A stretch of 64,000 nt of DNA from Victivallales bacterium. Lineage in GTDB: Bacteria; Verrucomicrobiota; Lentisphaeria; Victivallales; UBA1829. The first letter of the stretch is position 1. Each line of letters begins with the position of its first letter. Below, one piece after another: positions 1 through 9,044 of this stretch. The position numbers were made by a program, and so were the translations under genes. The stretch is from the NCBI GenBank assembly GCA_045589595.1, contig JAZNPK010000002.1, positions 76,395 through 140,394 of the forward strand. Direction: 5' to 3'. The notes below the pieces were generated by a model, which made no database searches, was not told where the DNA came from, and saw only the letters and a list, made by a program, of their open reading frames with translations.

Positions 1-316
1 AGACGATCACGATGGTCAGCAATCCCACAAAAACGATCTGCGTGAGCGTTGGTTCACTTACCACAAGACAGAGGATGCCGACTGCCAGAAATGCCATCAA
101 CGCAGATCCCGCCAGACTTACATCCAGCACTCTGCCTGCCGGCATTTGAAGCAGCACATCATCCATTTCCACCGCCGCTTCCTGCAGGAACCGTTCTTTG
201 TAGCGGGACCCTGTGAACAGCATAAAATCAATGATCACATAGGTCGCGAAAAAGATACAAAGTCCCGCGGACGTACAGGCGAGCAGAAACATGTTTTCTG
301 TAATAAACTGCATCAT
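1..316 (-). CDS. Tad/Flp-pilus inner-membrane platform protein, TadB/TadC-like (T2SS-F family); 5' part only, continues beyond window start
   Basis: Absent from the ORF track because no stop lies inside the window. My translation of the reverse strand from ATG 316..314 gives [100 protein letters not shown]... and stays open to base 1. The layout is TM, soluble segment, TM. The start shares one base with the stop of the upstream cpaF-like gene (TGATG), which fits the usual tad order cpaF then tadB. The family call is contextual. Confidence 0.5.
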   Translation of the reverse strand, partial: MMQFITENMFLLACTSAGLCIFFATYVIIDFMLFTGSRYKERFLQEAAVEMDDVLLQMPAGRVLDVSLAGSALMAFLAVGILCLVVSEPTLTQIVFVGLLTIVIV

Positions 317-2091
317 CAGGCAAAACCTCCGCCGTTTTCGCGTTTCGGCGTAAAGATGGAGATATCAAACGGCAATCCGGCGCGCTTGATCTCTTCCGTG
401 AAGGTCGGAACACTGCCGGTCGGCACATGGTCCCCGATCATTTTACCGTCCTCAGTCCAGCCAGTCTGCTTGTAAACAAACAGATCCTGCATGGTGATGA
501 TGTCGCCTTCCATCTTGGTGATCTCACTGACGCAAGTGACTTTACGGGAGCCGTCCTTTTCACGGTTGATCTGAACAATGATCGCAATGGCGGAAGCGAT
601 CTGTTCCCGGATCGCCCGGAGCGGCAGATCAAAACCCGCCATCAGCACCAGCGTTTCCAGACGGGAGAGACAGTCGCGCGGCGTGTTTGCGTGAATGGTC
701 GTCAGAGAGCCGTCGTGACCGGTGTTCATCGCCTGCAGCATATCCAGTGCTTCGCCGCCGCGGCACTCACCGATCACGATCCGGTCGGGACGCATACGCA
801 ATGCGTTCTTCACCAGATCCCGGATGGCGATTTCGCCTTTGCCTTCGATGTTGGCGGGACGCGATTCCAGACGGACCACATGTTCCTGACGCAGCTGGAG
901 TTCAGCGGCGTCTTCGATCGTTACAATACGTTCCCGGTTCGGCAGAAATCCGCTCAAAATATTCAGCAGCGTCGTTTTACCGGACCCGGTACCGCCGGAA
1001 ATCACAATGTTTTTGCGGAGTTTGACGCAGGTATCCAGGAAGTTGGCAATGTCATCCGTGATAGAGCCGAAAGATACCAGATCGGCGATCTTCAGCGGAT
1101 TCCGGGAGAATTTACGGATCGTGATGGAGGGACCCACCAGAGACAACGGCGGAATAATGGCATTCACACGGGAGCCGTCTTTCAAACGGGCGTCCACCAT
1201 GGGAGAACTTTCATCGATACGTCTGCCGAGCGGAGATACGATCCGTTCGATCGCCGCCATCACCTGATTGCTGTCTGCAAACGCCATATCCGTCCGATAG
1301 AGGATCCCCTTGTGTTCCACATAGATCTGATCCGGACCGTTGACCATGATTTCCGTGATCTTGTCCATTGCGATCAGTTTTTCCAGCGGACCGAGCCCCA
1401 GTGCTTCGCTGTACAGTTCCATGGCGATCTTCTGCTTTGTCACACCGGCGGGCAGCTGAATGGAAAGTTCGGAGAGGATCTCACGGATCACGGACTGGGC
1501 TTTTTCTTCCAAGTGTTCTTCCGAGGAATTGTTCATCGCCATCCGTTTCAGATTCAGGCGGTTCAACAGTTCGGCGTGAGCCTGTTTTTTGATCTCCTGC
1601 ACAATGGGACGGGCTTCCGGCGGGATCCCGGAAACCGCAAGCACGGGAACTGTATCAGGATCGGATGATTTTGCTTTTGCCGCACTGATTTTCGCCTGCA
1701 GATCCGCATCATCCGGATTGGTCGGTGACGGTTTGACCTGAGCCTGTTCCCCGGCAGGAGCGGCTGCCGGTTTCTGCTGCTGCGCCGCCGGAGCATCTCC
1801 GCCCACAGCTTCGATCCGGACTTCACCGATCATCAGGACTGATCCGGGGGCAACAGCTACCGGAGTACCGGCAGGAAGTTTTTTCTCGTTGCAGAACGTG
1901 CCGTTGGAACTGTTCATATCCATCACATGCAAGGCTCCGTTGGAGACCGTGAAACGGCAATGAGAACGGGAAACCCCTACGGCATTCAGCTGAAAATGAT
2001 TATCACTGCCGGACCCGACCCGGAAAGAGCCGTCAGGCAGTGAAACGGTCTGGGGAGCGTGCCCCGGCGTGGAAATGATGATTTTGAACAT
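316..2091 (-). CDS. cpaF: FHA-domain-fused CpaF/TadA-type pilus secretion ATPase (T2SS-E/VirB11 superfamily)
   Basis: Track ORF 316..2139. The likely start is MFKIII at 2091, 19 nt after the cpaB stop with a ggagag motif upstream. The N-terminus carries FHA signatures ([31 protein letters not shown]). An Ala/Pro/Gln-rich linker follows, then an ATPase core with Walker [18 protein letters not shown] and a His box [13 protein letters not shown]. Confidence 0.9.
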   Translation of the reverse strand: MFKIIISTPGHAPQTVSLPDGSFRVGSGSDNHFQLNAVGVSRSHCRFTVSNGALHVMDMNSSNGTFCNEKKLPAGTPVAVAPGSVLMIGEVRIEAVGGDAPAAQQQKPAAAPAGEQAQVKPSPTNPDDADLQAKISAAKAKSSDPDTVPVLAVSGIPPEARPIVQEIKKQAHAELLNRLNLKRMAMNNSSEEHLEEKAQSVIREILSELSIQLPAGVTKQKIAMELYSEALGLGPLEKLIAMDKITEIMVNGPDQIYVEHKGILYRTDMAFADSNQVMAAIERIVSPLGRRIDESSPMVDARLKDGSRVNAIIPPLSLVGPSITIRKFSRNPLKIADLVSFGSITDDIANFLDTCVKLRKNIVISGGTGSGKTTLLNILSGFLPNRERIVTIEDAAELQLRQEHVVRLESRPANIEGKGEIAIRDLVKNALRMRPDRIVIGECRGGEALDMLQAMNTGHDGSLTTIHANTPRDCLSRLETLVLMAGFDLPLRAIREQIASAIAIIVQINREKDGSRKVTCVSEITKMEGDIITMQDLFVYKQTGWTEDGKMIGDHVPTGSVPTFTEEIKRAGLPFDISIFTPKRENGGGFA

Positions 2092-2110
2092 CTTGCTGCA
2101 CTCTCCGTTT

Positions 2111-2887
2111 TTATCTGCCGGAACCAGCCCGTTCCTCACGGATCTTCTTCAGGAATTCATCCCAGTTGACAGCGGGCATGACCGGATCCAGACGGCTGTC
2201 GGTATGACGGCGCAGGATCAGCGTGATGCGTCCTTTCTCCTGGGCAAAAATCAAGCGTTCCGCCTGGGGAAGAGTCAGTTCCAGAACGATGGTGCTGTAA
2301 CTGCGGCTGCCCCGTTCATTGGATGCCTGATCGCCCATATCGGTTCCGCAGGCAAGGACTTTCACATTCTGCAGCAGAGTCAGTGTGACGGTATCCAGAC
2401 GCTGGTCTTTTGTTTCCGGCAGACGGAATGTGCCGAGAACATCCACCCTGTTGTTGGGGCGGATGAGACCGTTCAGAGAGGAAATGGCATCCACCGGCAG
2501 CCCCACAGCGTATTTGTGCTGTTCGCCGATCCGTGCAGTCAGACCGGTTTTTCCGGAATCTTCCGAACTCTGTTCGATGGCATACCAGGTGAGGATCGTG
2601 CCTTCAGAAATCATGCTGCTGACTTTTCTGCCGATGATCAGATTGCGTTTGTTCCACGGAATTTCCCGTGAAAGGGCGCCGTCCTGAGAACGCTGGACAC
2701 GGAGCGGAGCAAGATGTTCCGCGGCGATTTCCTCGCCTTCGGACAATGTCTTTTTCAGTTGGATGATGTCCAGTTCGATCGTGGAGTTGCGGATCTTGGC
2801 TTTCTCCATGTTGATCTGCTGATAGGTGAACATGAAGGCGAGAATGCCGAAGAATACGGCTGCGAGAAGAAGAAGTTTTTGTCTCAT
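2111..2887 (-). CDS. cpaB: Flp pilus assembly protein CpaB (SAF domain plus CpaB/RcpC C-terminal domain)
   Basis: Track ORF 2111..2929. The preferred start is MRQKLLLLAAVFFGILAF at 2887, which gives a single N-terminal TM helix; 2929 is an alternative. It has a SAF-like segment IPWNKRNLIIGRKVSSMISEGTILTW and then a CpaB-type C-terminal half (VGLPVDAISSLNGLIRPNNRVDVLGTF, LLQNVKVLA). Confidence 0.8.
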   Translation of the reverse strand: MRQKLLLLAAVFFGILAFMFTYQQINMEKAKIRNSTIELDIIQLKKTLSEGEEIAAEHLAPLRVQRSQDGALSREIPWNKRNLIIGRKVSSMISEGTILTWYAIEQSSEDSGKTGLTARIGEQHKYAVGLPVDAISSLNGLIRPNNRVDVLGTFRLPETKDQRLDTVTLTLLQNVKVLACGTDMGDQASNERGSRSYSTIVLELTLPQAERLIFAQEKGRITLILRRHTDSRLDPVMPAVNWDEFLKKIREERAGSGR

Positions 2888-3025
2888 AACATCTGTACCT
2901 TGTTGCTTTGATGTTGATGCAGGTTTCATTTTCTATTTATTAGAGAAAATATAGTCCGCTTTTTTACGATTGCAAAGATTTCAGATGCTTTTTTCTGTAA
3001 AATTACAACTTTTTTGCGTTTTTAA

Positions 3026-3358
3026 TCAATTTTTTCCGATTTTTTCAAACGTTCGGTCAGAAATACCGATATCTTCCCAGTGCAGAACTTTTCCGCTGTA
3101 TGCCGGATAACGCAATTTTCTGCCGATGATCCGCTGCCGGTGCTGCCACGGAATACCGAAAATGATCCTGCGGTTTTTCTGCAGCGTCACCTCGTGTTTT
3201 TCCAGCATGTCCTCTTTCAGCTCCGTTCCCGCAGGCTGATATTCTTTCATTGCCACAAAAACAAGTGTACCGCCTTTGTTTTCCGAAGAAATGCAGGCGG
3301 TACAGAAAAGACCTGCCGCAAGAAATATCAGCAGGAAAAATGACAGAAGACGGAACAT
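3026..3358 (-). CDS. Small membrane-anchored or secreted SAF-domain protein, paralog of the CpaB N-terminal half
   Basis: 110 aa with a hydrophobic N-terminus MFRLLSFFLLIFLAAGLFCTAC. IPWQHRQRIIGRKLRYPAYSGKVLHWEDI aligns by eye with CpaB IPWNKRNLIIGRKVSSMISEGTILTWYAI. It has no CpaB C-terminal domain. The start lies 7 nt after the stop of the cmk fusion gene. Confidence 0.65.
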   Translation of the reverse strand: MFRLLSFFLLIFLAAGLFCTACISSENKGGTLVFVAMKEYQPAGTELKEDMLEKHEVTLQKNRRIIFGIPWQHRQRIIGRKLRYPAYSGKVLHWEDIGISDRTFEKIGKN

Positions 3359-3365
3359 GATCCGG

Positions 3366-4418
3366 TCAGTCCATCAAACTGGTGATCTGCTTGGGCATAC
3401 GGGCGGGTTTGCCGTCTTTCATACAGGCGTGAATGGTCCAGCCTTCTGCCAGAAGTGTGCTGCCGCGACGGACTTTACAGGCGATCTTCAAACGGACGCC
3501 TTTCACTTCCGTCAGGACAGCTTCAATGGTCAGGACATCCTCAAAATGAGCGGCATTTTTGTAATGGCAGACCGCTTCGATCACAGGCATTGCATAACCT
3601 TCCTGTTCCATCACGGTATAGGGGAAACCGATCTTACGCAGCAGTTCCTCACGGCACATTTCAAAATAGATGAGATAGTTCGCATAATACACCACTGCCA
3701 TCTGATCCGTATCCGCAAAAGGAACACGGTATGTGATCGTTGTGGCGCGCCGTATATGAGCAAGAAGATAATTCAACGTGTCTTCGATCTCAAAATCGCT
3801 GTTGTCCAGATAAATCGCATCATCTGCCAGTTTCAGCGGCGCAACAGCGCGTTCCATATCCTGTTTATCCCGTTCGGCAATTTCTGCCGCCACCGATTCA
3901 ACGGTAGCAGAATCCGGCATTTCACCACCTTGGGAAAGACGCCGTTTCGCACGCGCTTCCGGGGAGGCTGTCAGGAAAAATTTACAGGCGGCATCCGGAA
4001 ATACCACCGTGCCGATATCGCGCCCTTCCATAACGATTCTGTTCGTTTCTGCTGTTTCGCGCTGGATCCCCAAAGTCCATGCGCGGACTGCCGGGATCGT
4101 GGCAACATCTGACGCACCCATGGCAACTTCTGCCGCGCGGAGAGCCTGTCCGGGAAATTTTCCGTCCAGTTCAATATCCAAATTGCCGTCCGGCGTTTCA
4201 GCATATCGCAGACTGGTATTCTTCAACATTCCGATCAGGGCGTCTGTATCTTTTGTGCCGATCCCGTTCTGAAGCGCTTTCCATGCCACAGCCCGATAGA
4301 GAGAACCGGTGCTGACATACAGGATCCCAAGCCGTTCCGCCAGATTTTTTGCAACAGTGCTTTTGCCGGAAGCGGCAGGACCGTCAATTGCGATTACATT
4401 TCCGTTCATTTTTTTCAT
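3366..4418 (-). CDS. cmk: Cytidylate kinase fused to a C-terminal 4HBT/YbgC-type hotdog acyl-CoA thioesterase
   Basis: 350 aa in one uninterrupted frame. Residues ~1-225 are Cmk (P-loop IAIDGPAASGKSTVAK, YVSTGSLYRAVA, MEGRDIGTVVFPDA, ERDKQDMERAVAPL). Residues ~228-350 are a hotdog thioesterase (YRVPFADTDQMAVVYYANYLIYFEMCREELL, YAMPVIEAVCHYKNAAHFEDVL). Confidence 0.85.
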   Translation of the reverse strand: MKKMNGNVIAIDGPAASGKSTVAKNLAERLGILYVSTGSLYRAVAWKALQNGIGTKDTDALIGMLKNTSLRYAETPDGNLDIELDGKFPGQALRAAEVAMGASDVATIPAVRAWTLGIQRETAETNRIVMEGRDIGTVVFPDAACKFFLTASPEARAKRRLSQGGEMPDSATVESVAAEIAERDKQDMERAVAPLKLADDAIYLDNSDFEIEDTLNYLLAHIRRATTITYRVPFADTDQMAVVYYANYLIYFEMCREELLRKIGFPYTVMEQEGYAMPVIEAVCHYKNAAHFEDVLTIEAVLTEVKGVRLKIACKVRRGSTLLAEGWTIHACMKDGKPARMPKQITSLMD

Positions 4419-4638
4419 CCCCGGCTTTGAGTACAGTTTTCAGATAGCGTTTCAGTTCATCAACAGAATCCAGGACCTCCTGATCGCCCAGTTCTTCCGC
4501 AACGGTCATCAGGGTGAGGATCGCTTCATTTTTTGCTTTACGCATCATGGATTCAGCCAAACCTTTGACTTCTCCGAGATCTTCAATGCGTTCAACTTTA
4601 CGCAGACGGCTGACCAACATCACAAGTTCGTAATTCAT
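4384..4638 (-). CDS. Hypothetical small helical protein (84 aa)
   Basis: Glu/Lys/Leu-rich, helix-like composition (MNYELVMLVSRLRKVERIEDLGEVKGLAESMMRKAKNEAILTLMTVAEELGDQEVLDSVDELKRYLK). Its 3' end overlaps the cmk start by 35 nt. The antisense ORF 4309..4668 is Phe-rich and looks like a shadow. I recognise no family. Confidence 0.4.
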   Translation of the reverse strand: MNYELVMLVSRLRKVERIEDLGEVKGLAESMMRKAKNEAILTLMTVAEELGDQEVLDSVDELKRYLKTVLKAGDEKNERKCNRN

Positions 4639-4680
4639 AAACGGATATTGACTCCAGCGGGGGGGTGAGTGGAAAAAAAG

Positions 4681-4756
4681 TGGTGGCTGTTGCCGGGCTC
4701 GAACCAGCGACCTGTGGATTATGATTCCATCGCTCTACCGACTGAGCTAAACAGCC
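4681..4756 (-). tRNA. tRNA with CAT anticodon (elongator tRNA-Met, or tRNA-Ile2 if C34 is lysidinylated)
   Basis: The reverse complement ggctgtttagctcagtcggtagagcgatggaatcataatccacaggtcgctggttcgagcccggcaacagccacca folds as a 76-nt cloverleaf. Acceptor ggctgtt/aacagcc, D arm gctc..gagc, anticodon loop atCATaa, T arm gctgg-ttcgagc-ccggc, encoded CCA. It lacks the initiator features (no 1:72 mismatch, no GGG/CCC anticodon stem). Confidence 0.9.
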
Positions 4757-4822
4757 ACATTCACATCATGCCCTTAATATACCCCCGCATTTCGGTTTGT
4801 CAAGGGCATGATGGAAAAAAGA

Positions 4823-6598
4823 TCAATTTTTTTTGCCGTAGAGCGGACCATAGGCGGCACAGGCGCGGTAATCCGCACCTTCCGGATCCATTCCGAAGGC
4901 GTTCCAGCTTGCAGGACGGAAAATATTTTCTTCCGGCACGTTGTGCATACAGACCGGAATACGCAGCATGGCAGCAAGCGTGATCAGATCCGCACCGATG
5001 TGACCATAGGAAAACGCACCATGGTTTGCACCCCATTTCGCCATTACGGTATAGACATCTTTGAAACAGCCTTCGCCGGTGATGCGCGGGACGAACCATG
5101 TGGTGGGCCAACCGGGGTCTGTGCGGCGGTCGAGAATATCATGTACTTCCGCGGGCAGTTCTGCGGTGTACCCTTCTGCGATCTGCAGCACAGGGCCGAG
5201 ACCATCCACCAGATTGAGTCGCGTCATGGTGATGGGCATACCGCCACGCGTCAGGAAACGGCTGGAATAACCGCCGCCACGGAAATAAAGACGGTTCGCC
5301 GGGATCCATTCAACTGCATCCAGACACGCCTGTGCGTCCTCTTCCGTAATATCCCAGAACTGCTTCATGACAGGTTTTCCATCGGCATCACTCATTCTGC
5401 CGGTCGCATCGGCGGTGGTGGCACCGGAGTTGATCAGGTGGATCAGACCCGGTTCCGGCATATCGTAGCCGGTAACGCGTTTGACGGCTTCCTGACTCCA
5501 GAACGTACGGACATCGGAGAAGCCCTGCGCTCTGCCTGTCAACAGATGACCGAACAGCATGGAAACGCCGTTGAGCGCATCGTTTTCTGTTGCGAAGACC
5601 ATCGCTTCACGGATGCCGTTCCAGTCGAAAGACGAGTTCAGCAAGGTTTCCATAAAGTCGCCGTTTGGCATGTGGTCGGTCCACTGACGCTGTCCCTGGA
5701 AACCGCCGGCAATGGCATTATGGCCGCAGGCTTCTTCCGCAAAACCCATTTCCGCCAGTTTGGGATTGCCGATCATCAGGTCGCGGGTGATGATGAACAT
5801 CTTGGTGACATAGTCCCAGATCTCTTCATATTTTTCCGCAGTGTGCTGCAGTTCCGGACCGTTGCAGAAATCTTTGCCCTGTTTGCAGTTCTTTCTGACC
5901 CATTCACGGGCTTTTGCGTATTCTTCCGGATCGTAGATGTTTTCATTGACGCGACGGATCACTTCGCACATATCGACTGATTCACAGCGCATATTCAGAT
6001 ATTTTTCAAAAAATTCCGGATTCACAATGGAGCCGGCGATCCCCATGGCAACAGATCCCATGGAGAGATAAGATTTTCCACGCATCAGCGCGACTGCAAT
6101 GGCAGCACGGGCAAAACGCAGAAGTTTTTCGCGGACATCGTCCGGGATCATGGTGTCGGCGGCATCCTGAACATCGCGTCCGTAGATCCCGAAGGCGGGC
6201 AGCCCTTTCTGGGCGTGAGCAGCGAGAACCGCCGCAAGATAAACTGCGCCCGGGCGTTCCGTTCCGTTGAAACCCCAGACTGCTTTCTGGGTGAACGGAT
6301 CCATATCCATCGTTTCAGAGCCATAGCACCAGCAGGGGGTGACACTGATGGTCGCCTTGACATTTTCCGTGGCAAAATATTCAGCGCACGCCGCCGCTTC
6401 CGCAACACCGCCGATGGTCGTTTGCGCAATGATGCACTGGACCGGTTCACCGTTGGGGTAACGCAGACTGGATTCGATCAGTTCTTTTGCAGCTTTCGCC
6501 ATATTCATGGTCTGATCTTCAAGAGATTCACGGATCCCTTTGCGGCGACCGTCAATGATCGGTCTGATACCGATCTTCGGCATGGATGCTGTTTTCAT
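4823..6598 (-). CDS. fucI: L-fucose isomerase
   Basis: This is the C-terminal 591 aa of track ORF 4823..8284, starting at [35 protein letters not shown] (ATG at 6598). The length and N-terminal motif match FucI; further matches are [17 protein letters not shown] and [41 protein letters not shown]. The upstream 562 codons of the track ORF are an antisense shadow. Confidence 0.9.
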   Translation of the reverse strand: MKTASMPKIGIRPIIDGRRKGIRESLEDQTMNMAKAAKELIESSLRYPNGEPVQCIIAQTTIGGVAEAAACAEYFATENVKATISVTPCWCYGSETMDMDPFTQKAVWGFNGTERPGAVYLAAVLAAHAQKGLPAFGIYGRDVQDAADTMIPDDVREKLLRFARAAIAVALMRGKSYLSMGSVAMGIAGSIVNPEFFEKYLNMRCESVDMCEVIRRVNENIYDPEEYAKAREWVRKNCKQGKDFCNGPELQHTAEKYEEIWDYVTKMFIITRDLMIGNPKLAEMGFAEEACGHNAIAGGFQGQRQWTDHMPNGDFMETLLNSSFDWNGIREAMVFATENDALNGVSMLFGHLLTGRAQGFSDVRTFWSQEAVKRVTGYDMPEPGLIHLINSGATTADATGRMSDADGKPVMKQFWDITEEDAQACLDAVEWIPANRLYFRGGGYSSRFLTRGGMPITMTRLNLVDGLGPVLQIAEGYTAELPAEVHDILDRRTDPGWPTTWFVPRITGEGCFKDVYTVMAKWGANHGAFSYGHIGADLITLAAMLRIPVCMHNVPEENIFRPASWNAFGMDPEGADYRACAAYGPLYGKKN

Positions 6599-6796
6599 GT
6601 TACTGCTCCTTGATATTATGTGTTGATATCGTTCTGTTTCGTAAAAAATCTGTCTGAAATGGTAATTTTTTTCTCTGAAAGTACCACCATACTTGAAATA
6701 TAATGCAGAGAATTGCGCTTTCAAGAGAAAAAACGCTTGAAAAAAATATTTTTTTGGAGTATCGTACCGCAGAACGAAAATGTATGGGGTGCGATT

Positions 6797-7873
6797 ATGA
6801 GCGATTTGAAAACTGAAATGAAAGCTGCTGCGGAGAAGATCAATCATATCATCCGTAATGATTCTTTTCCGGAAACGATCCGCCCGGAGGAACTGCGGAT
6901 CGCCGTCCGGACTTATCCGTCCATGGGCGGAAAACGGCTCCGGCCGATCCTGCTGCTCTGGACATGCGGTCTGTTCAATGGTGATCCGGAAACCGCATTG
7001 CCTGCTGCCGCCGCCGTTGAGATCTACCACAACTGGACACTGGTCCACGATGATATTATTGACTGCGATGATTTCCGGCGCGGTGTTCCCACCAGCCACA
7101 CCGAAATTGCCTGTTACGCGTCCGGCGTATTCCACGTAAATGAAACTGTCGCGGCAAAATTCGGTAAAGATCTGGCGATCCTTGCCGGAGACGTGCAGCA
7201 CGCATGGGCTGTCAATATGCTGTTGCGCCTGACGGAAAACGGTGTGGATCCCGGCCTCGTTATTCAGCTCTGCCGCAGAATGCAGGAAGTATTGAACCGC
7301 GAACTCATTTCCGGTGAGGCTCTGGACGTGGAACTGGCACTGCGCAAAATCGGCAGCGTGGATGAAAACAGTGTCCTGCGGATGATTTCCGGAAAAACTT
7401 GTGCCCTTCTCACTTTCTGCGTGCAGTGCGGTGCTGCGATCGCCGCCGGAAAGGCTGATTTTGAGTCGCCAGAACAGTTGGCGCTTGCGGAATTTGCAGA
7501 AAAACTCGGTCTCGCTTATCAGCTGCAGGACGATCTGCTCGGCGTTTACGGCGAAATCGAACAATTCGGAAAACCGCCCTGCAGCGATTTCAAAGAATGC
7601 AAGCCGACGCTCCTGTATCTGGAAGCAAAAAAACGGTTGACCGGCGAAAATGCAAAATTGCTCGAAACCCTCACCGGACAGCCGTTTTACAGTTCGGAAA
7701 TGGTGGAGATCATCAAGAAACTTCTGACAGATTGCGGTGCGGAAGATGCTGTGAGACAGCGTGAAAAAGCTCTGACCGATGAAGCACTCGCCGCTTTGAG
7801 AAATCTGCCGGATAATCCCTATCGGGAAAAATTGATCGCATTGACGGAATATCTGATGAAACGGAACATCTGA
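6797..7873 (+). CDS. Polyprenyl (geranylgeranyl/long-chain) diphosphate synthase
   Basis: Track ORF 6713..7873; likely start MSDLKTEM at 6797. First Asp-rich motif [15 protein letters not shown], second motif [12 protein letters not shown], and [10 protein letters not shown]. Chain length cannot be read from the sequence. Confidence 0.85.
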   Translation: MSDLKTEMKAAAEKINHIIRNDSFPETIRPEELRIAVRTYPSMGGKRLRPILLLWTCGLFNGDPETALPAAAAVEIYHNWTLVHDDIIDCDDFRRGVPTSHTEIACYASGVFHVNETVAAKFGKDLAILAGDVQHAWAVNMLLRLTENGVDPGLVIQLCRRMQEVLNRELISGEALDVELALRKIGSVDENSVLRMISGKTCALLTFCVQCGAAIAAGKADFESPEQLALAEFAEKLGLAYQLQDDLLGVYGEIEQFGKPPCSDFKECKPTLLYLEAKKRLTGENAKLLETLTGQPFYSSEMVEIIKKLLTDCGAEDAVRQREKALTDEALAALRNLPDNPYREKLIALTEYLMKRNI

Positions 7874-7894
7874 ACATATAACGGAGTCAGCAAA

Positions 7895-8794
7895 ATGAAA
7901 CTCAAAATGAAAAAAGTCGCATTTGAAGGTTGGAAGAATTGCGTCGAGATCGCCAGCGGCGATTTCAGACTGATCGTCACCACGGATGTGGGACCCCGTA
8001 TCATCGGCGGCTTCCTCGGTAAAAACGGAAAAAATATTTTCCATGTCGATCCCAAACTCGCCGGAAAAAGCGGCGGCGATAAATGGGTCAATTACGGCGG
8101 ACACCGTCTGTGGCATTCCCCCGAAATCAAAGAACGGACTTATGTGCCGGATAACGACCCCATTCAGGTGGTGAAACTCGGCGATGACGGCGTATCTTTC
8201 ATTATGGAAGAACCCGAATGTACCGGATTGACAAAAACACTCGATATCTTCCCCCTCGGCGACAACGCGTTCCGTATTGAACACGGAATCGAAAATGATG
8301 GTCTCTGGGCAATGGAATGTGCGCCGTGGGCAATCTCCGTTATGGCACCCGGCGGCACCGCAGTCGTTCCCCAGAACCCCGAAACAACAGGTCTCCTTCC
8401 CAGCAAATTCATGGCAGTTTGGCCCTATACCAAAATGAATGATTCCCGCATCACATGGGGCGATCAGTTCGTTATGGTCAAACAGAAATCCGCAAAGGGG
8501 ACCAAACCCCTGAAAATCGGTATGAATTGCGAAGGCGGTTGGATCGCTTATATCAATAACGGTCTCGCTTTTACCAAATCAGCCGAATTTTATACCGATG
8601 AAGTTTATCCCGATAATAACTGCAACGTGGAAATTTATACCTGTGCAGATATGCTCGAAGCTGAAACACTCGGTCCCCTCTGCCGCCTCGAACCCGGCGA
8701 TAAAGTCGTCCATACTGAAATCTGGACACTGTTCCCCGTCGATGGCTCCGTCAAAAATGAAAAGGATGCCGCAAAACTGCTCGGTATCGATTGA
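7895..8794 (+). CDS. Hypothetical protein, galactose-mutarotase-like/DUF4380-like (tentative)
   Basis: 299 aa with a GGAG motif 9 nt upstream of the [17 protein letters not shown] and the overall beta-rich composition resemble aldose-epimerase-superfamily DUF4380 proteins as I remember them. This is not verified by any search. Confidence 0.6.
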   Translation: MKLKMKKVAFEGWKNCVEIASGDFRLIVTTDVGPRIIGGFLGKNGKNIFHVDPKLAGKSGGDKWVNYGGHRLWHSPEIKERTYVPDNDPIQVVKLGDDGVSFIMEEPECTGLTKTLDIFPLGDNAFRIEHGIENDGLWAMECAPWAISVMAPGGTAVVPQNPETTGLLPSKFMAVWPYTKMNDSRITWGDQFVMVKQKSAKGTKPLKIGMNCEGGWIAYINNGLAFTKSAEFYTDEVYPDNNCNVEIYTCADMLEAETLGPLCRLEPGDKVVHTEIWTLFPVDGSVKNEKDAAKLLGID

Positions 8795-8809
8795 GCCCAT
8801 CGGAAAACA

Positions 8810-8956
8810 GCCCGCCCGCCACAGATCACGGGCGCGGCACCCGCACAAAAAACGACCGGATCCGTCCGGTCGTTTTTTTTGTGCGTGATCCGCCTGCTAC
8901 GCAGGCAGATGCCCCGGTCGGGGCAGTGCCGCGCCCCCGGCTGTGGCGTGGCGGGC
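8810..8956. other. Compound inverted-repeat element A: outer helix closing three hairpins (four-way junction), one of which is an intrinsic terminator
   Basis: Outer arms 8810-8840 and 8926-8956 pair 7+8+11 bp. Inner hairpins lie at 8843-8884, 8892-8906 and 8910-8925. Coordinates were checked by codon-walking track ORFs 8791.. and 8879... Confidence 0.7.
8843..8884. terminator. Bidirectional rho-independent terminator (serves 7895..8794)
   Basis: gcacaaaaaacgaccgga-tccg-tccggtcgttttttttgtgc: a GC-containing stem preceded by A6 and followed by T8. Confidence 0.75.
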
Positions 8957-8974
8957 TCCCTGTTTCTTTCGGGC

Positions 8975-9012
8975 AAACAAAAAAGCGGACACTGTATTCA
9001 CAGCATCCGCTT
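8975..9012 (-). terminator. Rho-independent terminator of the RRM-protein gene
   Basis: On the minus strand aagcgga(16-nt loop)tccgctt is followed by ttttttgtttg, 33 nt downstream of the stop at 9045. Confidence 0.5.
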
Positions 9013-9044
9013 TGGGATATTCCTTTACAGGTATGCGACCGGTA

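Noticed and set aside
4681-4756. The CAT-anticodon tRNA as the initiator tRNA-fMet.
   Set aside because: Positions 1:72 form a normal G-C pair, and the anticodon stem is atgga/tccac rather than carrying three consecutive G-C pairs. It is therefore an elongator Met or Ile2 type.
6599-8284. The N-terminal 562 codons of the 1153-aa track ORF 4823..8284, which would make a giant FucI fusion protein.
   Set aside because: The FucI homology begins exactly at [10 protein letters not shown] (ATG at 6598), giving the canonical 591 aa. The upstream part is antisense to the polyprenyl synthase and the 7895..8794 gene, crosses a promoter region, and has a junk-like Phe/Ile/Asp-rich composition.
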